Below the pieces are notes generated by a model that was not told the origin of the DNA, ran no database searches, and was given only the letters and a program-made list of their open reading frames with translations. 64,000 nt of DNA, from NCBI GenBank assembly GCA_965243025.1, contig CBDETY010000003.1, positions 4,256,001 through 4,320,000 of the forward strand. Reading direction: 5' to 3'. Made by a program: the position numbers and the translations under genes. This document shows positions 8,350-17,677 of the stretch, piece after piece. Source of the stretch: Candidatus Latescibacterota bacterium. GTDB lineage: Bacteria > Latescibacterota > UBA2968 > UBA8231. Position 1 is the stretch's first letter. Each line of letters opens with the position of its first letter.

Positions 8350-8650
8350 GTTTTTTTCGAAAATCGCGCTTTTGGTCAGGCATTCTACCGTAATGTTCCT
8401 CACCGCGGTCCTTCTCGGAATGCTGGCCATCGGCTACCTTGTAGTCGCCATTGTGATGATGTATGTCTGCACCGTCGTATTCCCGGAGAATCCGGCATCA
8501 CTCATCCTAAATCGTATTTTGCGTAGATAGGGGCGGGAAGAGCCATGTATGGCTTTGCTGCCACGATGGGTTTCCCTTTCCCAAATGGTCCGCGAGGCCG
8601 TCAGCCTGCCACAAACCGGGCAACGTAACAACCGCAACGGATGCGTAACG

Positions 8651-8974
8651 ATGGAAAAGCCGAAAGGCCGGCTGGCCAAACACACCCTCTTCACGACCCT
8701 TTTTTCGTTCTGGATCACCGGTTTCCTCGCCGGACTCATCTTCCAGACCACCCCGGGCGACATGGCGGTCCTTCTGATCCTTGGGAGCTTCGCTATCCCG
8801 ACCATCGTATCGCTTCCGATCTACGGGATCCTGGTGCGCAAGACACCGAACAGGGTCTTGGTCGTGGAGAACAAGTGGGATCTGCGAAATGTTGGGGCCG
8901 TGGCCTCCCTGAGCAATATCCTGATCACCTTCGGGCTGACGGTGTTCATCTACTGGAAGCTGTTTGGAGGGTGA
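8651..8974 (+). CDS. Hypothetical membrane protein (3 TM)
   Basis: Three hydrophobic helices. Confidence 0.6.
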   Translation: MEKPKGRLAKHTLFTTLFSFWITGFLAGLIFQTTPGDMAVLLILGSFAIPTIVSLPIYGILVRKTPNRVLVVENKWDLRNVGAVASLSNILITFGLTVFIYWKLFGG

Positions 8975-9059
8975 TCCCCAGATGAGGTTAAACCAGGTCC
9001 GCCTTCCCTTGTCGGCTACTTCTCAACCGCTGGGGATCAGACACCGGATGGCTTCGATG

Positions 9060-10095
9060 GGCCTCCCATCTCGACCCGAGGGGGGCTTTTTTCCCGATCC
9101 ACGGGGCCGATTCCAGGGAGGTGTTTTCCTGCTTCGGTGTCCGGATAGCCTGTGCTGCTTCGCCTGAGATCGGGGACGGTGCCAGACCGGGAAGAAAGCA
9201 TGAAGGATCGCTTCGTCCCCAAAGCCCTTTCCGTCGAGAAACAGCGCCATCAGGTCGATGCTTGCAGAAATTTCGGCCAGCTTGCGGGATACCCTCGCAA
9301 AAGACCTCGCATTTCGCGTAGCGGCCTCCTCGACGCGCGGTTCCTGAAATCTCCCGGATAACCCGGCGATTGCATCTTCGCCGACTTGACCTCGCAGCGC
9401 GACCCCGTTTTCGCCGATTGCCGGGAACAGACCTTTCCGGGGGATAGCCTTCTCCCCTGCCACGAATGGGGGGGACCCCTGACGTACCGGCGGGATCCGG
9501 TGGCGTGACGAGGTCAGGCTCGCTCTCCGCCTCCACCTCCTCTGTGGAGGGGTGGACATCCCGCTGCCCGCTGCCTCCATTCAGTATTCTCCGCAGGAGA
9601 ATACCCCCTTTTTTCGCAGCGTAGTCCTGCAAGGACCGTGCCAGGGGGCACTCACGGCCTGCCGGTTCGCCAGGCTTTCAGGGAAGGGATACCCCTCGCC
9701 TCGTAGTTCCGGGCAGCCAGCACCCTCGACACCCTGTTCCCTGAATCCCCCAGGAACACCGATCCCGGACTGAGACCCCCTCCTCGTTCAGAAGCCGGGG
9801 GGCTCCGATCCACCGTGCCGATTTCCCAAGGGGGTGTGCAAAGGCAACGAGAGGATCCCTCCCGAATCGTCGGCTTCTGTATTCACTACGCTACGGGAAA
9901 ATACCCTCTTCCCAGCGTCGACCCTCAGGGGAGCTCACGGCCTGCCGGTTCGCCAGCTTGCGGGATACCCTCGCCTCGTAGTTCCGCAGTTGCACCTCGC
10001 CGCTCAGTTTCTGAATCTCCCAGGCACCCCGATCCGGACTGAGATCCCTCCTCGATCAGAAGCCGGGGGCCTACGATCCACGGTGGCTCTTCGGT
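9060..10095. repeat. Cluster of degenerate ~290-nt repeats
   Basis: CTCACGGCCTGCCGGTTCGCCAG at ~9651 and ~9934; CGATCCACNGTGCCG-type core at ~9095, ~9806 and ~10074. Confidence 0.75.
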
Positions 10096-10163
10096 CTACT
10101 TATTTGCGGCCCCTTGCGGCTTCGAAGGGGGCTGGACCAGACCCTCTTCATACCCTGATTCAA

Positions 10164-10214
10164 GGAGGTTAAATTACCCAATTTGGGTAAAATCAGAGCT
10201 CTTTGAGGTCCAGA
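10164..10214. repeat. Palindrome-containing direct repeat, copy 2 (TTACCCAA-T-TTGGGTAA)
   Basis: Homologous to 6930-6978. Confidence 0.75.
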
Positions 10215-10621
10215 TCCATCGATGAGACGTGCTTCTGGCGATGCCGGCAGACTCCAGCCGTTTCGCAGGCCGTGTCCCCGGAAGATACGTCTGCCCTCTC
10301 TCTGATCGTCTTCGCGCCGAAATTACACCGCTGAGTATCTGCTGGAGGGACTGCCCCTGCGGTATTGGAGTTCGTCAGGTCCGGGCTCGGCCTGTGCAGC
10401 CCCACTCGTTCACCGTCCTTACCCTCCAACTCCGCCTGACCTGAGGGCATCCTTCAGCGTAATCGCATCCCCCCGGTAGCTGTCCTTCTTCACCGGCAGA
10501 CCCTGGAGCCCGGGTCGGGTCCTGAAGCCCCCGATTTCCACTACCGGGTGACTGTAAATCACGGATTCTCCCATCCTACTCAAGTACGGCGTCGGCCTCG
10601 TCGGCCGGCGCCTGATCAAAC

Positions 10622-11672
10622 TCATTCGACACCGAAATGCACGCTAGCTCGTCCGGGAACCGGAATCCGTTCTCGCTTTGCCATGGATAGGACAATCCTA
10701 CCACAGAGCGTCAATGCCTCTTGACCCAAGGCGTGAAGCTCGGATTCCTCCAAATGTTCGCCCCGCTGCTCGCCGCCGTCCTTCCTTCCACCGTGGAACA
10801 AGCGGCTCCGCTTCCCGTACAGGGCGTCCCAATCCGGCCACAAGTCCGACAGGTCATTTGAATCAAGCATCTTCCGTATCCGCTGACGGATGCTCTCGCG
10901 TTGTATTCCGCGAATCGCCTTGGCGACCTGGCCGACCTCTTCGCCGTCGCGATGCGTGCGCTCAAGCCAAGCGGCGGCACTTTCGATCAGTCCCTTCTGT
11001 GCGTCCGTCCACGGCGGATCGGTCGCCAACCCTTCGACGGTGGAAACCGCTATCACGATCTTCATGATCGGGTCGGTATTCATCTCGGCCAAATTCAGCA
11101 CCCTCACCGCCCGCCGAATCGAGGGGGAAATCGCCCGCGGGCTCATCGCTCTTCGGCAACGCGTCCTGAAGAGCCTGCACGAAATCACCGGCATTCGAGC
11201 ATACCGACCCCGTCGCCCGCCCCAGGCGAACGAACACCGTCTTCTCGTCGTCCGGCAGGACCTGGAGGCCATGGATGTCGGATCCGAGTCGTGTATCGGG
11301 ATCCAGGGCACCGGTTTCTCGCAAGAACTCCGGATTGACCCATGAGACCGTGCGGTCTTCGCCCGGGTCGCCCGCGTCGACACCCACTCGGGCGCACAAC
11401 CCGGCCATATGGGCGGCTCGCCGGAGCTTCTCGCCGAAATCCCGTGCCTCGTCTTCGGCCTCGAATCCGCGACATCCGATCAACAACCATGACGCCTCTT
11501 TGAGCGGTTGCGACCTACTTTCGGACTCGATCACGACTTCCCTGCCGGCCACCGATGCCGTCAGGGCAGCTTCTTCCGTTCCCAGCGTCGTACCCACCCG
11601 AAGCTTCAACCAGAGGCGATAGCCCGTACTACTCTCCACTGAATCAGCCTCCTCTTCATTCTGTTGGCCCAC
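10622..11672 (-). pseudogene. Frameshifted HEPN (ApeA/MAE_28990-like) domain gene
   Basis: N-terminal part in ORF 10962-11672. C-terminal part in another frame with LYGKRSRLFHG (RxxxxH). Frame switch near 11125. Confidence 0.65.
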
Positions 11673-11702
11673 CGTTGACGGGTTAAGCCTAACGCGAAGC
11701 CG

Positions 11703-11760
11703 CTACAGAATGTAGTCGTTCCATGCCTGTAGCACTTGCTTGCGGCGCGCCATCAGGTCG
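11703..11760 (-). pseudogene. C-terminal tail of a tyrosine (phage) integrase
   Basis: Reads DLMARRKQVLQAWNDYIL*, typical of the DLxxRRxxMxxWxDY terminus. Confidence 0.55.
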
Positions 11761-11949
11761 ATTGTTGCAGAAGTTCGGCCATGCTTGCGGATTCTCGGCG
11801 CAGGCCCTTCGCAGTTCCGCTCCTCCTTCTTCAGCACCCGCAGCGGGTTTTCGGACATCGGCACCCCGACCCAGCCGTTCCTGAAATCTCCTGGAAACCC
11901 GATCCGAACTGAGATCGCTCCTCGATCAGCCCGGCAACCTCCTCGCCCT

Positions 11950-12278
11950 CCCCCAGTCCTGCCGCCCCTCTCCCCCTTGCAGAAGGCGGATAAAGTTTTA
12001 CGCCGTCATTACGAGATTTTTAAAATTTACCCGGACGCCGATTTGCTTTTTTAGTCTATCCAGGTACAATAGAGGCACATGCAACGGGAATCCGGCAGGA
12101 CCCACTGCCGCTTCCCCAGTCCCTTCTGCCGGTGCCACACCGACAGAGTCACATCCCACTGAAACCCGAAAGGACTGCCATGGGAGCGTGAATCACATCG
12201 TTTTGTAAGGGCCGTCTGGTTTCAACACGGTACTCCACGGCCCGAAGATCAGTAAGGATGAGTAATGGTAAAAGCATC
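11950..12278 (+). mobile_element. Truncated IS1595 leader, promoter and first 7 transposase codons (MSNGKSI)
   Basis: Homologous to 13615-13960 (rc) and 25150-25485; promoter TTGCTT-N16-TACAAT at 12043-12070; cut by the end of copy B. Confidence 0.8.
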
Positions 12279-12300
12279 GGGAATTATATACATAACTCAG
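12279..12300. mobile_element. IS1595-type terminal inverted repeat (GGGAATTATATACATAAC), downstream end of copy B
   Basis: Reverse complement of the 27162-27180 end; homology extends ~120 nt inward. Confidence 0.7.
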
Positions 12301-12699
12301 CAGGTAATTTAAGTAATCTCCTCCGCGAATTTAAAGAAATTCTGGTATAACCATATGGAAAGAAAATGCAGAGAACCGGACTTCCCCTGTCCCACTGCTT
12401 TAGCCCTGAGACACGGAAGAATGCCAGATTGACCCCGTGGGATCGAAAAGGCCGGGCTCTGATGGAGAGAAACCGGGACTCCTGCCCTGATCTGATGTCG
12501 GCGACTGGCAACGGTTTCTGCATCGGGCATTTCCCCATCTCGGTTGACGGCTCACCTCGCTGACTGGATACGAGAATCCCCCCGGCACGTTTCACGTCAG
12601 ATCTCCCTGGAGGCCGGCACTGTGGATCGGAGAGCCTCCGCCTGCATCGAGCAACGGGAAGGTCCTTCAGGGACCAGGAGAGCATCCCTGCATCCGGGA

Positions 12700-13623
12700 T
12701 CAGGCGAGCAGGGTTGCCGTCGTTGATTTCACCTGGGGGTTCGTCATCCTGCTGACCTTTCGGAAGGGTTCGCCCTCTCTCCACCGATGATGAGTGTAGG
12801 GGGTCGGAGGGATCTCCGTCGCCTGCAGATTCCGATAGGTCAGCCGTTTCCTCATCATCCCTGCGGTCAGATACCTCATCTTCTCCTCGGGGTCCAGGCG
12901 ACGGATATTGAACCTCCCTGTTATTTCGTTGAGGTACCGGGGGAAATACTTGGGAGACAGGTGACGAAAGAGCTCGCGGATCGTTCGCTTCGCCTTAGCC
13001 CAGAACGATTCAATGCCGTTCGTATGCGCGTCTCCCCGGACGTATTCGCCGGAACTGTGATTTACGATTTCGTGCCTCCCCTGCCATCCGAAACCACGAT
13101 AGACCGTGACATAGCCATACCACCATTCGTGACCAAATTTCTTCTTGCGGTGCCTCTTCTTGTCGTCTCCGCCGAAATAGGCTTCGTCTATCTCGGCTAT
13201 CCTGCTGCGTAGCGGTTCGGGATCCGACCACCCTTCCCGGATGCGGTGCAGCAGAAACCAGGCCGTTTTCTGCGTCATGCCGAGGTCGCGGGAAAGCTGC
13301 ATGCTGCTGATTCCCTGCGGACGGGACAGGTCCAGGTGGATTGCGATGGCCCATTTCTGCAAAGGGACCTTGGAGTGGGACATCACCGTTCCGGTGCGGA
13401 CGCTGAAGTGGTTTCGACAGTCGCCGCACCAGAAGGGCCTGTGCGCGCGGTTGCGACACGGGGTTATCATGCCGAAGCATCCGCAGTGCGGGCAATACAT
13501 GGATTCGGGAAGGCCATCTACCGTCTTCCCCCATCTGAGTTCTTCGAACCATTTTTCTGCTGCTGCATCATCTGGAAGCATTCTGAACAAATCGATTAAC
13601 GAGATACTTTTGCCATTTTTCAC
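12700..13623 (-). pseudogene. IS1595-family transposase (copy B) with an in-frame internal deletion
   Basis: Close paralogue of copy C, but lacks ~45 aa including the second catalytic Asp (LFSD) segment. Confidence 0.85.
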
Positions 13624-13800
13624 TTCCGATACCTTCGGGCCGTGGAATACCGAACTGGAGACCTGCGGCCCTTACCAAAACGATGTGATTCACGCTCCCA
13701 TGGCGGTCCTTTCGGGATGGTGACTCTGTCGGTACTCCCCGACAGAAGGAACTGGGGAAGCGGCAGCGGATGCTACCGGGTTTCCCCTCGATTTACCGTT

Positions 13801-13828
13801 ATTATACCTGGATACACTAAAAAAGCAA
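13801..13828 (-). promoter_or_regulatory. Sigma70 promoter of IS1595 copy B (TTGCTT-N16-TATAAT)
   Basis: Near-consensus; conserved at 12043-12070. Confidence 0.65.
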
Positions 13829-14299
13829 ATCGGCTTTCCGGGCAATTCGGTAAATGCTCGTAAGGAAGGAGGGAAACTTTGGTTTCTGGGAGTGGAGGAG
13901 GCTTGCAGGAGTGGGGGAGCGAAGAGGTCGGCGGGGGGTGCAGGAAGGGGAGCCCGGTGAGCAGCGGTTCCCGGCAGTCGGCGGAAACGGAGGCGCGCTG
14001 GGAGGTCGAGACGGGAAGACGGGGGTCTCGGATATCGGGAGGAGGCTGAGGCTACGCGTTTGGGAGACGGCAATCCCGGGTGTTTACCCGGGAGGCTCAC
14101 GAAACTGGGCGTCTGTGATGGCGGTTACGGATGGGCTCTGGTGGCGATGTGCCTCGGCGCAAGGCCTTCGCCGATGATCAGGAGATCCTTGATCCCTAGG
14201 GGGTTCCATGCAGGCAGCATCGGAAAACGAGCGAGCCGCCGATTACCCTGGTTTTTGCCCCGTCCCATCGGGGTCAGCGGGAGGGGGATGTTGTGCTCG

Positions 14300-14398
14300 C
14301 TATCTATTCTTTCGCTTGCGTCTGCGTCGCCACAACCAAGAAAAAAACAGGGTATCCAAAACAACGAAAGCTATCAGGATGAGAATCCAATAATCCAT
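14300..14398 (-). CDS. 32-aa TM peptide with polybasic tail (MDYWILILIAFVVLDTLFFSWLWRRRRKRKNR)
   Basis: Clean ORF after AGGA; hydrophobic core plus basic C-terminus; immediately downstream of an IS1595 remnant. Confidence 0.55.
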   Translation of the reverse strand: MDYWILILIAFVVLDTLFFSWLWRRRRKRKNR

Positions 14399-14432
14399 CT
14401 TTTTCCTGCTTCCCCAACGGATGGTACTTCAT

Positions 14433-14620
14433 GGCCGACGAGATCGCGGTTATCGGAGCCCTCCGCCCAGGCCCCGGGCAAACAGGCACATCTGCTCGAC
14501 GGTGTCGCAGTCCCGGATGTTGTGCCGTCCTTGGAACTCGTTCACGTATCGCTGCAGGTGCTTGAAACTCATGCGATGGAAGGTGCCGTGATAGCCCCGT
14601 TATTATAGCATTGCCCAGAA
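14433..14620 (-). pseudogene. IS1595 transposase C-terminal remnant
   Basis: FWAML**RGYHGTFHRMSFKHLQRYVNEFQGRHNIRDCDTVEQM. Confidence 0.8.
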
Positions 14621-14742
14621 AATCCGCAAAAAAAGATAAAGGTCCTGGACAAACGGACAGAGGTTGTCCTCTTGGCGGTTATCTTGTGGTATGGAAGTAC
14701 AGCCATCCGCATGGGCAGTGATGCCCAGAGGCGTGGAGGGGG

Positions 14743-17385
14743 ATGAAAGCAGCCGTCATCTGTATCATCGGATCGCTGGTATCAGCAGGCCATGCAGGGG
14801 CCAAGCCCCTGATCGAGGGCTGGGTGCGGCTGCCCTCGGGGGCCCCCGCGGCCGGGGCGCAGGTGGGGCTGTTCGACCTGGGCGATCTGCGCGCAGCTCC
14901 GATTGGGGCGACTACGGATCAGTCAGGCAACTTCACCCTTTCCGTGGGGGCCTTGCCGGGCACCGCCCTGCAGGAGCGCTTCGAGCTGGGGTCGAACTAT
15001 CCCAATCCGTTCAACCCTTCTACCTTCATTCCGTACCAGTTGCCCTCATCGATGCATGTGCGCCTGGAGGTGTTCAACCTCCTGGGACAGCGCATTGCCA
15101 CGCTGGTCGACGGGGAGCAGCCGGCCGGTTTTCACACGGCGGAGTGGGACGCCACGGATGCGGCGGGTCAGGCGGTGTGGGCGGGGGTGTATCTGTATCG
15201 CCTGAGCGGGGACGCGGGGATGATCACGGGGCGTATGCTGCTGGTCCACGGGCAGGCGGGGTCCGCTTCGGCAGGTTGGGCGGCCTCCGCGAGGGACGAG
15301 GCCGGACCCGCCGGGGAGACAGCCCTCGCCTACGGTTTGACCGTCTCAGGTCCGGGGGTGGTTCCCTACGTGGACCCGGCCTTCCAGGTGACGGCGGGCA
15401 TGTCGCCGCTGGATGTCGTGGCGGAGACGCCGTCCAGTGCCCCTCGCGCAAAAGTGGCTTCCGACAGGATCCTGGGCGACGTGGACAACACCGGCCGGGT
15501 GGATTTCCTCGACGCCCTGCTGGTGGCCCTGTACAGCCGGGACTCCAGCATCGTCATGCCCAACAGCGGCGACATCTCTCTGGGGGACGTCAACGCCGAC
15601 GGCCGGGTCGACCTGTCCGATGTCTGGGTCATTGCGGCGTACCTCAACGATCCCACCGATCCGACGCTTCCGGCAGGGATCGCCCAATCGGTGGGTCCGG
15701 CCGCATCGTTGTCCCCGGACCCTGCGACCGTGACGTTTGCCGACAACGGGGCTTGGCACCGGTTTTCAGTGGAGGCTCGGGAGCCGGTCTCGGTGGTTGT
15801 CAACCCGGCGGAGACCACCCCAAGGTTGCAGATTACCACGCGCGGCCACCAGGGCAACTCCTGCCCCGCCGAAGCAGACGCCGACGCTTCTCGCGAGGAC
15901 GGCCAAACGATCTATCTATCCGGGTGTGCCGCGGGCCAAGCCACGGTGGAGCTGCGGCGGGAGGCGGACGGCACCGTCCTGCGGCGCTACACCTTCGAGG
16001 TGACCGGCAGCCCGGCGGACCTGGTGGTGCAGTCGGTTTCTGTCAGCGACAGCAGTCTGAGGCCCCGGCAATCCTTCACGCTCAGAGCCACGGTGCGCAA
16101 CCAGGGCACGGGTCAGTCGGCGGCGACCACCCTGCGCTACTACCGCTCGACGGACCGGACGATTTCCACACAGGATACACAGGTCGGCACCGGCCCGGTG
16201 AGTGCTCTTGCCGCTTCTCGTACCAGTCCCGACTCGATCCGCCTGACGGCCCCGTCGAGCGAAGGCACCTACTACTACGGCGCTTGTGTGGCCGGCGTCA
16301 GCGGCGAGAGCGATACACGCAACAACTGCTCTCCGGAAGTAAACGTGATGGTGGAGGATACGTCCGTGGATCTTTTTTCGATCCCCACGAACGGAGGAGT
16401 CACGTTCGTCGTCGGCCCGCAGGACACCACTGGCAAGGCGACGCTTACGGCGCACCCGAACTACGGCTACGATTTCGAAAAGTGGACGGAGGACGGGGTC
16501 ACCTTGTCCACCGATCGTGTGTACGTCATGGACGTCACGGGCACACACGAGGTCTCCGCCCACTTCTCTGTCAACCAGGACCGCAGTGGGATCTGGAACG
16601 GGGGCCAAACGTATACCGACTACTACTTCCCGGAAGGACCCTACGAGAGCTTGGCATGGACCTTCGTGTCGGTTGCCGATCCGCCGGAGAGTCTTGCGGA
16701 GGAAGGTCTTCTCCACTACTACGCCTACAACTTCTCCCTTGAGAACCATACCGCAAATCAGGGGGGAGGGTACGCCGGATTTCAGTCCAACGGCCTCATT
16801 CACGGCCAGCAACAGGGGAAGGTCATCAATTTTTCCATATGGGGCTCGAACGGGGCCCGAACCGACGGGCTGCTCGAATCCGCCAACACGGAATGCAACT
16901 GCTATCAGATCATGTATCCGTTCGAGTGGGTGGAAGGACGGGCTTATCGCTTCGTCTTGGGCCAAGGGCCGGGGGGAGTCGACAGCCGAGGAAAATGGTG
17001 GGGGCTATGGGTGACGGACCAGCAAACCGGAGAGACGACCTTTATCGGGGAGTCGCGGCTACCCACCTCCCTCTCCGGGCGAAGATCGACGATGTTGAGT
17101 GCGAAGACCTACCTCTTCGGGGAGGACCTGCACTGGTGGAGATCCTCCCGCATCGGTTATGTCTGCAGCGACTTTCAGCCCTCTTCGCTCGCCGTTCTGG
17201 ATGTGACCGCTGGGCAAGGGGTCCGGCCCCGGAAAGTTCGCAGCTTCGTCAACAGCGGCCAGATCGAAAAGGCAGGGGGAAGAAAAAGAACCAACTGTCA
17301 TGTGACCCTGTTCGAGAACGACCAAGGGGACGTGCAGCACAACTTGGGCTTCTGGCCCGAGCCGCCGCCGAATATCCTCGACTGA
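14743..17385 (+). CDS. Secreted multidomain protein: FlgD/T9SS-like Ig, dockerin, CARDB, InlB-B-like repeat, DUF3472-like C-terminus
   Basis: Signal peptide; NYPNPFNPST; GDVDNTGRVDFLD and GDVNADGRVDLSD; DLVV...VRNQG...YYYGACV; YAGFQ...NFSIWG. RBS GGAGG. Confidence 0.75.
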   Translation: MKAAVICIIGSLVSAGHAGAKPLIEGWVRLPSGAPAAGAQVGLFDLGDLRAAPIGATTDQSGNFTLSVGALPGTALQERFELGSNYPNPFNPSTFIPYQLPSSMHVRLEVFNLLGQRIATLVDGEQPAGFHTAEWDATDAAGQAVWAGVYLYRLSGDAGMITGRMLLVHGQAGSASAGWAASARDEAGPAGETALAYGLTVSGPGVVPYVDPAFQVTAGMSPLDVVAETPSSAPRAKVASDRILGDVDNTGRVDFLDALLVALYSRDSSIVMPNSGDISLGDVNADGRVDLSDVWVIAAYLNDPTDPTLPAGIAQSVGPAASLSPDPATVTFADNGAWHRFSVEAREPVSVVVNPAETTPRLQITTRGHQGNSCPAEADADASREDGQTIYLSGCAAGQATVELRREADGTVLRRYTFEVTGSPADLVVQSVSVSDSSLRPRQSFTLRATVRNQGTGQSAATTLRYYRSTDRTISTQDTQVGTGPVSALAASRTSPDSIRLTAPSSEGTYYYGACVAGVSGESDTRNNCSPEVNVMVEDTSVDLFSIPTNGGVTFVVGPQDTTGKATLTAHPNYGYDFEKWTEDGVTLSTDRVYVMDVTGTHEVSAHFSVNQDRSGIWNGGQTYTDYYFPEGPYESLAWTFVSVADPPESLAEEGLLHYYAYNFSLENHTANQGGGYAGFQSNGLIHGQQQGKVINFSIWGSNGARTDGLLESANTECNCYQIMYPFEWVEGRAYRFVLGQGPGGVDSRGKWWGLWVTDQQTGETTFIGESRLPTSLSGRRSTMLSAKTYLFGEDLHWWRSSRIGYVCSDFQPSSLAVLDVTAGQGVRPRKVRSFVNSGQIEKAGGRKRTNCHVTLFENDQGDVQHNLGFWPEPPPNILD

Positions 17386-17677
17386 AAAAGGGGAAAGCTG
17401 TTCCGCCATCAAAGAAGAAAGGCTCTCTTCTGCCAACAAGGTGGGAAATCACATGAGGAAAGGAGTCGAGCGTCAGGAAGGCAATCCTTTGCAGTGTTCT
17501 TTGCCTACCGTTCGAGGCGGCAGGAGAGGATTGGAGCGAGCCAGGACCGCGTCCGGTTTTCCTGGGCTGTCATTTTCTTGAAAAATCGATTAGGCACCGT
17601 TGCGAAATAGAGGCTGTACTTTCTGAGGGAGGGTGTTATCCTTGAAGCGCGGACGTCGAGACTACCCTGCGGGCCAC

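Noticed and set aside
12180-12260. In-frame TGA plus hairpin as selenocysteine or readthrough extension of the transposase
   Set aside because: Copy B has a second in-frame TAA and copy C is out of frame, so readthrough is not conserved.
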